From NCBI GenBank assembly GCA_963718645.1, contig OY970373.1:1771730-1835729 (forward strand): DNA of 64,000 nt, written 5' to 3'. Positions 18,558 to 29,347 of the stretch are shown here, in pieces. How positions within the stretch are numbered: the first letter of the stretch is position 1; every line of letters starts with the position of its first letter. The stretch comes from an uncultured Acidobacteriota bacterium (GTDB lineage: Bacteria; Acidobacteriota; Thermoanaerobaculia; Multivoradales; UBA5704). The translations under genes were made by a program, and so were the position numbers. The notes under the pieces are model-generated. The model worked only from the letters and a program-made list of their open reading frames with translations. It searched no databases and was not told where the DNA came from.

Positions 18558-19612
18558 GCGCGACCGCCGCGATCGCCCCCGAGCGGCTCCCCGCGCTGCT
18601 CAGCGTCGAGGGGCTGCGCAAGGAGTACCCGGTGCGCCGCGGCCTGCTGCAGCGCCGGCGCGGCAGCGTGCACGCCCTCGAAGGGGTCGACCTCGAGGTC
18701 GGCCGCGGCGAGTGCGTGGCGCTGGTGGGGGAGTCCGGGAGCGGCAAGACGACGCTCGGCCGCTGCGCCCTGCGGCTGATCGAGCCGACCGCCGGCCGCG
18801 TCCGCTTCGACGGCGAGGATCTGCTCGGGCTGCGCGGCGGCGCCCTGCGCCGGCGGCGCCGCCGCTTCCAGATGGTGTTCCAGGACCCCGCCGGCTCGCT
18901 CGATCCGCGCCAGCGGGTGGCCTCGATCGTGGAGGAGCCGCTCGCCATCCACACCGGCCTCGACGCCGCCGGGCGCGCCGCGCGGGCGGCGGAGCTGCTG
19001 GCCGCGGTCGGCCTGGGTCCCGAGCTCGGGAGCCGTTTCCCGCACGAGCTCTCGGGGGGGCAGCGGCAGCGGGTGGGGATCGCGCGGGCGCTGGCCCCGG
19101 AGCCCGACCTGCTGGTGGCGGACGAGCCGGTGTCGTCGCTCGACGTGGCGGTGCGCGGCCAGGTGCTCGACCTGCTCAGCCGGCTGCGCGAGCGGCTGGG
19201 GCTGGCGCTGCTGCTGATCGCGCACGACCTGCCGGCGGTCGAACGGCTGGCGGACCGGGTGGCGGTGATGTACCTCGGGCGGATCGTCGAGCTGGGGCCG
19301 GCGGCGGAGCTGCTGGCCCGCCCGCTCCATCCGTATACAGCGAGCCTGCTGTCGGCGGTGCCGGTGGTAGACCCCGGCCGCCGCCGGAGGCGGATCGTGT
19401 TGCCGGGCGAGCCGCCGAGCCCGCTGACGCCCCCCGCGGGCTGCCCGTTCCACCCGCGCTGCCCGTGCGCCCGGCCGCGCTGCGCGAGCGAGCGGCCGGA
19501 GCTGGCGGGCTCCGCAAGCCCGGCGGGGGACCTGGCGGGGGAATGGGGACGCGCGGTCGCCTGCTTCTATCCCGGAGAGCTGGCCGGGAGAGCTGGGGGG
19601 CCGGGAAGGTAA
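18554..19612 (+). CDS. oppF: Oligopeptide/dipeptide ABC ATPase (OppF/DppF type)
   Basis: [33 protein letters not shown]. Confidence 0.88.
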   Translation: MSATAAIAPERLPALLSVEGLRKEYPVRRGLLQRRRGSVHALEGVDLEVGRGECVALVGESGSGKTTLGRCALRLIEPTAGRVRFDGEDLLGLRGGALRRRRRRFQMVFQDPAGSLDPRQRVASIVEEPLAIHTGLDAAGRAARAAELLAAVGLGPELGSRFPHELSGGQRQRVGIARALAPEPDLLVADEPVSSLDVAVRGQVLDLLSRLRERLGLALLLIAHDLPAVERLADRVAVMYLGRIVELGPAAELLARPLHPYTASLLSAVPVVDPGRRRRRIVLPGEPPSPLTPPAGCPFHPRCPCARPRCASERPELAGSASPAGDLAGEWGRAVACFYPGELAGRAGGPGR

Positions 19613-19751
19613 GATAGGCAGCGCAGCTTCGTCAAGCAGAGTGCAAGAGAACTTTCATGCGGCCGGCGCGTACATCTCGGCGTGGGACGGCGCGAGCCGC
19701 GACACGGCATATCGACCCCCCGGTGCGGGGTCTCTTTCAGGGGTCTATTCA

Positions 19752-21407
19752 ATGAAGAGAACATTCCTGCGATCCGTTTCGTGGATTCAAAGTGCGGCGC
19801 TGCTGCTCGCCGCCCTGGTGCCGGCCGCCGCCCTTCCGGCGTCCGCCGCCACCCCCGCCGCCAAGGCGATCCGCATCAGCTCGTTCCTGCAACCGCCGCC
19901 GCCGGTCGAGCCGCCGGCGCTGACCATCAAGGACAACGCCGTCCAGCTCTCGGTCGACCAGGCGGTCGAGATCTCCCTTCAGCGCAACCTGGGGATCGTC
20001 ATCTCGCGCTACGTCCGCGTCGAGAACCGGCTCGCCATCATCCAGGCGCTCGGCTACTACGACCTCAACGCCACCATCGACGCCATCGCCGCCAACGCCA
20101 AGAAGATGGCGGCGACCACCTTCGACCCCTCGCAGTCGGAGAGCCAGAACCTCAACTACGGCTTCGCCCAGAACCTCCCGCTCGGCGGCTCGGTGTCGGC
20201 GACCTGGGACAACGGGCGCGGGCAGAGCAACAGCAAGCAGGCGACCCTCGCCTCGTCCTACTCCTCGGGGCTGAACTTCCACTACACCCAGCCGCTGCTG
20301 CGCGGCTTCGGCCACTATTCCACCGACCGCGCCATCCTGATCGCGCAGAACACCAGCCGGATCAGCCGCCTGGACTTCCGGTTGCAGGTGACCACGATCA
20401 TCCAGCAGGTGGTCGACGCCTACTGGGGGCTGGTCAACGCCCGCGAGCAGCTCGGCGTCGCCCAGGAGAGCCTCCAGCTCGCCCGCGACCTCCACTCGCG
20501 CAACCAGGTCGAGGTGCAGGTCGGCACCAAGGCGCCGCTGGAGCTGACGCAGAGCGAGGCCGCCATCGCCACCCGCGAAGAGGGGATCATCCAGGCCACC
20601 TCCGCAGTCGGCGACGCCGAGGACGTGCTGCGGCGGCTGCTCAACCTCCCCGCGGGCTCCCTCTGGGAAACCCCGATCGTGCCGACGTCGGACCCCAAGA
20701 CGGACACCAAGGTGACCGTCGACGTCAAGGAGGCGCTCCACCTCGCCGTCAGCCGGCGCCCCGAGCTGACCACGCAGGAGCTGCAGCTCGAGCAGGCCAA
20801 GCGCGACGCCGACTACTTCCGCAGCCAGCTCAAGCCGCAGCTCAACTTCCAGGTGGACTACGGCTATAGCGGCTTCGGCCCCAACTACAACACCGCCATC
20901 AACCAGATCACCGGGCTCGATTTCCGCGCCTGGACGGTGCAGCTCAACTTCGTCTATCCGATCCAGAACCGGGGCGCCCGGGCGACCAGCGCCACCTACA
21001 ACATCGAGGTCGACCGCTTCCAGGCGCTCTACGACCAGGAGCGGACGGTGATCGAGACCGAGGTGCGCACGGCCGCCCGCGCGGTGGACACGGCGATCAA
21101 GTCGATCGACGCCAACATCAAGGCTCGCGAGTTCCAGGAGAAGAACCTGGACGCCGAGAAGAAGCGCTACGAGAACGGCATGTCCACCAGCTTCCAGATC
21201 ACGCAGATCCAGGATCAGTTGACCCAGGCACGCAGCGCCGAGGTGCAGGCGACGGTGAACTACCGCACCGCGCTCGCCGAGTACTACCGGACGGTCGGCC
21301 AGCTCCTCGATCAGGAGGGGGTGGTGATCGACGACGACCCGGCGTCCGACGCCATCGGCAGCCGCTTCAGCTTCAGCCGCGCGCCGCTTCCCGGAGAACG
21401 GAGGTAA
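19752..21407 (+). CDS. TolC-family outer membrane efflux protein
   Basis: Signal peptide; YTQPLLRG, VVDAYW, EKKRYENG. Confidence 0.88.
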   Translation: MKRTFLRSVSWIQSAALLLAALVPAAALPASAATPAAKAIRISSFLQPPPPVEPPALTIKDNAVQLSVDQAVEISLQRNLGIVISRYVRVENRLAIIQALGYYDLNATIDAIAANAKKMAATTFDPSQSESQNLNYGFAQNLPLGGSVSATWDNGRGQSNSKQATLASSYSSGLNFHYTQPLLRGFGHYSTDRAILIAQNTSRISRLDFRLQVTTIIQQVVDAYWGLVNAREQLGVAQESLQLARDLHSRNQVEVQVGTKAPLELTQSEAAIATREEGIIQATSAVGDAEDVLRRLLNLPAGSLWETPIVPTSDPKTDTKVTVDVKEALHLAVSRRPELTTQELQLEQAKRDADYFRSQLKPQLNFQVDYGYSGFGPNYNTAINQITGLDFRAWTVQLNFVYPIQNRGARATSATYNIEVDRFQALYDQERTVIETEVRTAARAVDTAIKSIDANIKAREFQEKNLDAEKKRYENGMSTSFQITQIQDQLTQARSAEVQATVNYRTALAEYYRTVGQLLDQEGVVIDDDPASDAIGSRFSFSRAPLPGERR

Positions 21408-21411
21408 GCCC

Positions 21412-22134
21412 ATGGCAGCCCTCGAGGATTCCAGCGCCGGCCGGGTGATCGGCGCCCTGGTGTCGCCCGTCAAGACCTTCCGCTCGATCGCCGAGCGCCC
21501 CACCTGGGGCGTGGCTCTGGTCGTGCTGCTGGTCATCTCCACCCTGGTCGGCGTCCTGGCCAACCAGCGCATCGACCCCAACGACGCGCGCCAGTCGATC
21601 CAGCAGCGGATGGAGAAGAGCGGGCAGCAGCCCACCCCCGAGCAGGTGGACAAAGCGATGACGACGATGGCGAAGTTCACCGCCGTCACCCTCTGGCTGA
21701 TCCCCCTTTTCGTGGTGATCGTCTACCTGGTCATCGCGCTCCTCTTCTTCGCCGCCTTCCGCTTCTTCGGCGGCAGCGAGATCTCCTACAAGTCGAGCTT
21801 CGCCACGGCGGTGCACGCCTTCATGCCGGGCATGGTGGCCGCGCTGCTCACCCTGCCGGTGATCCTCACTCACGAGCATCTGAAGCTCAAGGACGTGCAG
21901 GGGGGGAACCTGCTCGCCTCCAACACCGGCGCCTTCGCCCCCGACAGCGTGGGGCCCGCCGTGCGGGTGCTGCTGACGAGCGTCGACTTCTTCTCGATCT
22001 GGACCCTCATCCTGCTGGTCATCGGCTACAAGGCGACGGCGAAGGTGTCCACCGCCAACGCCGCCACCGTCGCGGTGGTTCTCTGGGCCCTCTACGTCGG
22101 CATCAAAGTCGGCATCGCGGCCCTCTTCGGCTAA
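21412..22134 (+). CDS. Yip1-domain membrane protein (YknW-like)
   Basis: SPVKTFRSIAERPTW, about five hydrophobic segments, DFFSIW. Confidence 0.8.
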   Translation: MAALEDSSAGRVIGALVSPVKTFRSIAERPTWGVALVVLLVISTLVGVLANQRIDPNDARQSIQQRMEKSGQQPTPEQVDKAMTTMAKFTAVTLWLIPLFVVIVYLVIALLFFAAFRFFGGSEISYKSSFATAVHAFMPGMVAALLTLPVILTHEHLKLKDVQGGNLLASNTGAFAPDSVGPAVRVLLTSVDFFSIWTLILLVIGYKATAKVSTANAATVAVVLWALYVGIKVGIAALFG

Positions 22135-22143
22135 GGAGCTCGT

Positions 22144-23403
22144 GTGAAGAAACTGGTCATTGGGCTGCTGGTGGTGGTCGTGCTGGGGGGCATCGTCTTC
22201 GCCAGCCTCCGCGCCCAGGGGAAGGACAAGGGGGAGAAGGTCTATGCCGCGGCGGTCGAGCGGCGGGAGCTGGCGCAGATCGTCAAGGCCACCGGCGAGC
22301 TGCAGCCGCGCATCCAGGTCAACATCTCCGCCCACGTCGTCGGCAAGATCGACAAGCTCTACGTGCAGGAGGGGGACCTGATCCGCAAGGGGGCGCCCTT
22401 CCTGCGCCTCGAGCAGCAGGCCTTCCTCGCCCTGCGCGACCAGTGGGCCGCCCAGCTCCGCAGCTCGCAGACGGCGGTGCAGCAGGCCAAGGTCTCGCTC
22501 GCCGACGCGCAGGTCAAGCTCGCCCGCGCCCAGAAGCTGAAGGGGGAGGGGATCTTCACCCAGACCGACCTCGAGACCGCCCAGCTCGCCGCCACCTCCG
22601 CCAAGCTGGCCGTCGACACCGCCAACGAGAACGTGGGCCAGAGCCAAGCCAACCTGATCAAGGCCCAGGACGACCTCACCAAGACCACCATCTACTCGCC
22701 GATCGACGGCCGCGTCATCACCCTCAACGCCAAGGAGGGGGAGGTGGTCATCTCCGGCACCATGAACAACCCCGGGTCGGTGATCGGCATCATCGCCGAC
22801 ATGGCCGACATCAACGCCGAGGTCGACGTCGACGAGACCGAGATCGTCAACATCCGGGTCGGCCAGGACGCCGTGCTGCGGGTGGACGCGCTCCCCGGCA
22901 AGGAGTACAAGGGGAAGGTGATCGAGGTGGGGAGCTCCGGCTACAACCGGACCAACCAGCCGGACGTCACCTTCTTCAAGGTCAAGGTCCTGCTCGACCA
23001 CCCCGACGACAGCCTGCGCGCCCGCATGTCGGTGCGCGCCGAGATCCACACCGCGGCGCACCCGAACACCCTGACGGTGCCGATCCAGGCGGTCGTCGAG
23101 CGGGAGGCCGGGGACGAGGCGAAGGACGGCAAGAAGAGCGGCGACAGTGCGGGGGACAAGGCGGCGGCCAAGACGCGCAAGGTGATCTTCGTCATCGCGG
23201 GAGGCAAGGCGCACCAGCGGCCGGTCGAGACCGGTCTCTCGGACGAGACCAGCGTCGAGCTGACCTCCGGCGTCAAGGCCGGCGAGCAGGTGGTGACCGG
23301 CCCCTACCGCACCCTGCGCGACCTCAAGGACGGCGACGCCGTCCAGGTCAGCGCGACCACCGAGGACGAGGACAGCGACGCCGCCAAGGCCAAGAAGGAA
23401 TAG
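22144..23403 (+). CDS. Efflux periplasmic adaptor (MacA/HlyD family)
   Basis: N-terminal anchor, [26 protein letters not shown]. Confidence 0.9.
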   Translation: MKKLVIGLLVVVVLGGIVFASLRAQGKDKGEKVYAAAVERRELAQIVKATGELQPRIQVNISAHVVGKIDKLYVQEGDLIRKGAPFLRLEQQAFLALRDQWAAQLRSSQTAVQQAKVSLADAQVKLARAQKLKGEGIFTQTDLETAQLAATSAKLAVDTANENVGQSQANLIKAQDDLTKTTIYSPIDGRVITLNAKEGEVVISGTMNNPGSVIGIIADMADINAEVDVDETEIVNIRVGQDAVLRVDALPGKEYKGKVIEVGSSGYNRTNQPDVTFFKVKVLLDHPDDSLRARMSVRAEIHTAAHPNTLTVPIQAVVEREAGDEAKDGKKSGDSAGDKAAAKTRKVIFVIAGGKAHQRPVETGLSDETSVELTSGVKAGEQVVTGPYRTLRDLKDGDAVQVSATTEDEDSDAAKAKKE

Positions 23404-23425
23404 GCCAGGGAGGAAAGGACAACCG

Positions 23426-24160
23426 ATGGCGCTCATCGATCTGCGCGAAATCTTCAAGGTCTACGACATGGGGGCGGAGAAGGTGCACGCGCTCAACGGG
23501 GTCGACCTCCAGGTCGAGCGGGGGGAGTACGTGGCGATCATGGGCTCGTCGGGGAGCGGCAAGTCGACGCTGATGAACCTCGTCGGCTGCCTCGACACGC
23601 CGACCTCCGGCAGCTACATCCTCAACGGCACCGCCGTGCAGGAGCTCGACGACACCCAGCTCGCCGGCATCCGCAACAAGGAGATCGGCTTCGTCTTCCA
23701 GACCTTCAACCTGCTCGCCCGCACCGACGCCCTGCACAACGTCGAGCTGCCGCTGATCTACGCCGGCCTCTCGCGCTCCGAGCGGCGGGAGCGGGCGAAG
23801 AAGGCGCTGGAGAAGGTGGGGCTGGGGAGCCGCATGACCCACCAGCCCAACGAGCTCTCCGGCGGCCAGCGCCAGCGCGTCGCCATCGCCCGCGCGCTGG
23901 TCAACGAGCCCTCGATCCTGCTCGCCGACGAGCCCACCGGCAACCTCGACTCCAGCACCTCCGAGGAGATCATGCAGCTCTTCGACGAGCTCCACCAGGC
24001 GGGGAACACCGTGGTGCTGGTCACCCACGAGCCGGACATCGCCGAGCACGCCTGGCGCAAGGTCATGCTGCGCGACGGCAAGGTCACCTCCGACCAGCCG
24101 ACGGCGCGCGCGACCGCCGCGAGTGCCGCGGGTGCCACTGTTGCCGCGACGCCGGCCTGA
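23426..24160 (+). CDS. ABC ATP-binding protein (MacB/LolD/YknY type)
   Basis: [36 protein letters not shown]. Confidence 0.92.
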   Translation: MALIDLREIFKVYDMGAEKVHALNGVDLQVERGEYVAIMGSSGSGKSTLMNLVGCLDTPTSGSYILNGTAVQELDDTQLAGIRNKEIGFVFQTFNLLARTDALHNVELPLIYAGLSRSERRERAKKALEKVGLGSRMTHQPNELSGGQRQRVAIARALVNEPSILLADEPTGNLDSSTSEEIMQLFDELHQAGNTVVLVTHEPDIAEHAWRKVMLRDGKVTSDQPTARATAASAAGATVAATPA

Positions 24161-24173
24161 AAGGACTTATCCC

Positions 24174-25397
<1,224 letters not shown>

Positions 25398-25409
25398 ATC
25401 CGCGTAAAG

Positions 25410-25426
25410 TTGGCCCGCGCATTGCA
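25410..25426 (+). promoter_or_regulatory. Putative sigma-54 (-24/-12) promoter
   Basis: TTGGCCCGCGCATTGCA: exact GG-N10-GC spacing, one mismatch to the TGGCAC-N5-TTGCW consensus; about 75 nt upstream of the 25500 ORF. Confidence 0.6.
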
Positions 25427-25499
25427 TTCTTGGAACGTCATGTAGCACCGACGCAGAGGGCATCATGACGATGCCTCTCTACCAAGGAGATCAAGGGCC

Positions 25500-25832
25500 A
25501 TGCGTAAACACGTCGTCCTGAGTCTGACTCTGCTGCTGGTCTTCGCCACGGCCATCTTCGCGGCCGACTCCAAGGCCACGTCCAAGCAGTACCACCGTAT
25601 GCACGGCGACATCGCCTCGATCGATGCCACCGCCCAGACGTTCACCGTCAAGCACGGCAACGACACCTCGACCTTCAAGACCGACGCCACCACCAAGTTC
25701 CGCGGCGCCGGCAAGGAGATCACCTTCGCCGACCTCCAGGTCGGCGATGACGCGCGCGTCTCGTTCACCGAAGAGGGCTCCGACAAGACGGCCGCCCGCG
25801 TCGACGTCGCTCACACCAAGAAGAAGATGTAA
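25500..25832 (+). CDS. Small secreted OB-fold-like protein (DUF5666/CusF-like), paralog 1
   Basis: Signal peptide; HGDIASID...FTVKHG...DLQVGDDARVSF. Confidence 0.75.
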   Translation: MRKHVVLSLTLLLVFATAIFAADSKATSKQYHRMHGDIASIDATAQTFTVKHGNDTSTFKTDATTKFRGAGKEITFADLQVGDDARVSFTEEGSDKTAARVDVAHTKKKM

Positions 25833-25912
25833 TTCCGTCCATTTTCTTACCCTACGCACTTTCCCGGGGTGGCCCTCTCCGGCCATCCCGCTTCGAGGGA
25901 GACCAGATCACC

Positions 25913-26323
25913 ATGCGCAAGAATTCAACCCTGAGCCTCGCTCTCGCCCTGGGCCTTCTCACCGCCCTCGCCGCCGGCGCGCAGACCACCCATGCCACGG
26001 CGACCCACGCGACGACGACCACCACCACGACCACCGCCCCGGCGACCGATTCCACGGCCACCACCACGAAGAGCGACCACCCGAAGTATCACCGCGCCAA
26101 CGGCGACATCACCTCCATGGACGCCTCGACGCAGAACTTCACGGTGACGCACGGCAAGGATAGCTGGACCTTCAAGACCGACAACGCGACCAAGGTCATG
26201 GGTCTGGGCAAGACCATCGCCTTCTCCGACCTCAAGGTCGGCGACAACGTCCGGGTCTCCTACACCGAGTCCGGCGGCGACAAGATCGCCGCCCGCATCG
26301 ACGTTCTCCACGGCAAGAAGTAG
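25913..26323 (+). CDS. Small secreted OB-fold-like protein, paralog 2 with Thr-rich linker
   Basis: Signal peptide; NGDITSMD...FTVTHG...DLKVGDNVRVSY. Confidence 0.75.
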   Translation: MRKNSTLSLALALGLLTALAAGAQTTHATATHATTTTTTTTAPATDSTATTTKSDHPKYHRANGDITSMDASTQNFTVTHGKDSWTFKTDNATKVMGLGKTIAFSDLKVGDNVRVSYTESGGDKIAARIDVLHGKK

Positions 26324-26407
26324 CGCTTGCCCGGCTCGGAGGGTGCGGAATCAGGGCGGTCCCCCGCGGGGCCGCCCCTCTGGGGTTGCAGTCGATTGAG
26401 GAGGGAC

Positions 26408-26494
26408 TGGTGCCGGAGATGGGAGTCGAACCCACACGCCCGCAAGGGGCGGCGGATTTTGAGTCCGCTGCGTCTGCCATTCCGCCACTCCGGC
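26408..26494 (-). tRNA. tRNA-Leu (CAA)
   Basis: Minus strand GCCGGAGTGGCGGAATGGCAGACGCAGCGGACTCAAAATCCGC...GGTTCGACTCCCATCTCCGGCACCA; long variable arm; encoded CCA. Confidence 0.95.
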
Positions 26495-26608
26495 TGGAAC
26501 GAGATGGGAATCCTAGGGGCTCGCCCCCGGGGTGTCAACCTGGCCGCCTTCCGCCCCGTTCTTCCTTCCCGTAACAGCATGGTCACACCCCGCCGGGGGT
26601 GGCGAGAG

Positions 26609-26638
26609 TTGACGGGGGAGCTTGTTCCGGTGTATAAC
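26609..26638 (+). promoter_or_regulatory. Putative sigma-70 promoter for carD
   Basis: TTGACG-N18-TATAAC. Confidence 0.55.
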
Positions 26639-26718
26639 AAGCGACGTAAGCGGAAGTCCCTCAGCGACTTACTTACCGCAGCTCCATTCGTCTTGCATCA
26701 ATCCAAGGGGGTCTCGAC

Positions 26719-27234
26719 GTGACATTTAGAGTCGGTCAGAAGGTGGTTTACCCCAACCACGGCGTCAGCCTGGTCGAGAAGATCGAGCCAGGTCATATGG
26801 ATGGGGTCGAGCAGCTCTACTTTCATCTCCGTCTCCTTGCCAACAACTCCAAAGTGATGGTGCCGAAGTCCAATCTTGAGCTGGTGGGCCTGCGCCCGCT
26901 CTGCCACACCCGCGAAGTGCGGGCGCTGCTCGACATCCTCGAGGACGGCAACATCGACACTTACAAGGATTGGAAGGGGCGGTACAAGCAGAACCTCGAC
27001 AAGATGAAGACCGGCCGTCTCACCGACGTGGCCGAGGTGCTCAAGAACCTGCGTCTCGTCTCGCAGCGCAAAAGCCTCTCGTTCCGTGAGAAGAAGATGT
27101 ACGAGCGTGCCAAGTACTTCATCGTGAGCGAAGTGGCTCACGTCAAGGGGATCGTCGAGCACGAGGCCGAGGGGCTGGTCGAGCAGGCGCTCAACTCCAG
27201 CCTCGAAAAGCGCCTCCGGCGCATCGCGAGCTGA
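26719..27234 (+). CDS. carD: CarD/CdnL family transcription factor
   Basis: FRVGQKVVYPNHGV, KVMVP...VGLR, WKGRY...KMKTG, LSFREKKMY. Confidence 0.9.
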   Translation: MTFRVGQKVVYPNHGVSLVEKIEPGHMDGVEQLYFHLRLLANNSKVMVPKSNLELVGLRPLCHTREVRALLDILEDGNIDTYKDWKGRYKQNLDKMKTGRLTDVAEVLKNLRLVSQRKSLSFREKKMYERAKYFIVSEVAHVKGIVEHEAEGLVEQALNSSLEKRLRRIAS

Positions 27235-27263
27235 TCCGATCGATCGACGCCAAGCGGGAGAGG

Positions 27264-27296
27264 AAAGGGCCGCTCTTCGGAGCGGCCTTTTTCTTT
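27264..27296 (+). terminator. Rho-independent terminator
   Basis: GGCCGCTC-TTCG-GAGCGGCC followed by TTTTTCTTT. Confidence 0.88.
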
Positions 27297-27373
27297 GGGG
27301 TGCGGGAGGTACATTCCTGCCGTCGGGCACGGAAGGGATGTGTGCCGGCGACCCTGCTAGAATCCACCTCCTC

Positions 27374-28108
27374 ATGAGCCGACACCCTGCCGTCCGGATG
27401 ATCCTCTGTCTCCTCCCTTTCCTCCTGCCCCTGAAGGCCGGGGCCCAGGCGCCCGCCGCCGTGCCTCCCGAACGCCCCGTCAGCACCGCCACCCAGGCGG
27501 CGCTCCGCGTCGAGCAGCGGCTCCTCTCGCTCGACCTCGTGGCCTACAAGGAGACTCGCCAGCGCGAGGGGCTCTCCCGCCAGAAGGTCACCGAGGTCCT
27601 CGCCCGCCTCGATCAGGCCCTGGCCTCCGACACCGTCGCCCTCGGGACGCTCGAGGGGCTGCAGGACGAGCTGGCGACCGCCCGCGGCGCCGCCCACACG
27701 GCCGAAGACCGGCTCAACAGCCAGCTCGACCGCCTGGAGGACAGGCTGCGCCGGATCGCGCTGCTCGAAACCGACACCGGAGCGCCGGTGCGGGCCGACG
27801 CCCTGACCGGGCGCTGGCGGGTGACCATCCAGCCGCAGAACCTCACCGCCGTCTTCGACCTCCGCCTCGACGGCACCGTGGTCGGCGGCTCCTATCAGGT
27901 CAACGGCTCCGCCAGCGGCTCGTTCCGCGGCAACCTCGCCGACGGCCGCCTGCGGATGCAGCGGCTCGACGGCAAGGGGGGCTTCGACAGCACCTGGGAG
28001 GGGATCGTGAGCAACGGGCGCATCACCGGAACCTGGACGACCAACGAGCTCGTGACCGGCCAACCCAACCGTGGGGAGTGGACCGCCGTCCGGGACAACG
28101 GGAGCTAA
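27374..28108 (+). CDS. Secreted hypothetical protein (coiled coil plus C-terminal beta domain)
   Basis: Signal-like MILCLLPFLLPLKAGAQ; heptad region; LTGRWRV...ITGTW. Confidence 0.7.
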   Translation: MSRHPAVRMILCLLPFLLPLKAGAQAPAAVPPERPVSTATQAALRVEQRLLSLDLVAYKETRQREGLSRQKVTEVLARLDQALASDTVALGTLEGLQDELATARGAAHTAEDRLNSQLDRLEDRLRRIALLETDTGAPVRADALTGRWRVTIQPQNLTAVFDLRLDGTVVGGSYQVNGSASGSFRGNLADGRLRMQRLDGKGGFDSTWEGIVSNGRITGTWTTNELVTGQPNRGEWTAVRDNGS

Positions 28109-28109
28109 T

Positions 28110-28850
28110 TTGAGCGATCTCAACCAAGACGGTCAGCGGCCGGTCCCCACCGGGCAGGCCCCCCTGGCGCCCCAGGGGCCCCTGGGGACGGCTTCGCAGA
28201 AGGACAACATCCTCTTCCTGATGGGAGGCCTGCTGATCGGCTTCGTCGTGGCCTACCTGATGTTCGAGGCGATGGCCACCCGCCAGCCGCCGCGCCTCAC
28301 CCCCGCGCTGCGGGCGCAGATCGTCGACGGCAACGACGGCGGCGGCGGCGCCATGGGCGGAGGCGCGGCGCCGGCCGGCGCGCAGGCCGCCGACCCCGCG
28401 AGTGCCGGCGCAGGTCCCGGCGCGGGAGCCGGCGGCGGACCCGCCATGGCGGAGATCCAGCAGCTCCGCGACTTCGTGGAGAAGAACCCCAACGACGCGG
28501 CGGCCGTGCGCAAGCTCGCCGACCTCAACTTCGACATCCAGAACTGGCAGCGCGCCCAGGAGCTCTACGCCCACTACCTGGAGCTCAAGCCCAACGATAC
28601 CGACGTGATGACCGACCTCGGCATCACCTACCGCGGGCTGCGGCAGTTCGACAAGGCGCTCGCCCTCTTCGAGCAGGCGAAGAAGCTCGACCCCAACCAC
28701 TGGCAGTCCTACTACAACGAGGTCGTGGTGCTCGCCTTCGACCTCAAGAAGACCGCCGAGGCCAAGGCTGCCCTGGCGAAGCTCGAACAGATGCAGCCGG
28801 CCAATCCGGACGTCAAGAAGCTCGCCGACGCGGTGGCCCGCGTCCCCTGA
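28110..28850 (+). CDS. Membrane-anchored TPR protein
   Basis: One TM helix; NPND...LADLNFD...DLGITY TPR pattern; TTG start uncertain. Confidence 0.8.
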   Translation: MSDLNQDGQRPVPTGQAPLAPQGPLGTASQKDNILFLMGGLLIGFVVAYLMFEAMATRQPPRLTPALRAQIVDGNDGGGGAMGGGAAPAGAQAADPASAGAGPGAGAGGGPAMAEIQQLRDFVEKNPNDAAAVRKLADLNFDIQNWQRAQELYAHYLELKPNDTDVMTDLGITYRGLRQFDKALALFEQAKKLDPNHWQSYYNEVVVLAFDLKKTAEAKAALAKLEQMQPANPDVKKLADAVARVP

Positions 28851-28857
28851 ACGCCCC

Positions 28858-29118
28858 ATGACGAGGATCCTCGGCATCATCCTCCTTCTCGTCATCCTCC
28901 GGCTGGCGGTGAAGAGCTTCAGCACCCAGCTCAAGGCCGCCGTCTTCGGCCCTCCGTCGACGGCGCCGAAGGCCCCGCCGCCCGCCCGCGCCGCCGTCGC
29001 CGAGACCCTGGTCCAGTGCGCCGCCTGCGGCACCTACGTCGTGCCAGGCCGGGCGCTGAAGGGGCGGGGGGAGGCTGTGTTCTGCTCGGAGGCTTGCCGG
29101 CGGAAGGGGGCGGGGTAG
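28858..29118 (+). CDS. Small membrane-anchored zinc-ribbon protein (PP0621-like)
   Basis: N-terminal TM; LVQCAACGTYV...FCSEAC. Confidence 0.75.
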   Translation: MTRILGIILLLVILRLAVKSFSTQLKAAVFGPPSTAPKAPPPARAAVAETLVQCAACGTYVVPGRALKGRGEAVFCSEACRRKGAG

Positions 29119-29200
29119 GGGTGAGGCGGCGCGGGGTCGCGCCCCCGCCCGGGCCTGAAGGCCCGCCTCTTCTACACATCTCGCAGGATCCGGGATGTTT

Positions 29201-29323
29201 GTGGCCTGCGACCTCACCCTCGATCCCTCTCCTAAAGGAGAGGGAGGGCTCGACTGGGGCCGCATCGCAGTCGTCCCCCTTCTCCTTTAGGAGAAGGGGA
29301 TAGGGGATGAGGTCGCAGGCCAC
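29201..29323. repeat. REP-like palindromic element
   Basis: GTGGCCTGCGACCTCA...TGAGGTCGCAGGCCAC outer arms; inner CTCCTAAAGGAG / CTCCTTTAGGAG hairpins. Confidence 0.8.
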
Positions 29324-29347
29324 GGAGGCCGATCGAAGCCCACTTCC

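Noticed and set aside
26408-26494. tRNA-Leu as an integration site
   Set aside because: No integrase and no duplicated tRNA 3' end noticed
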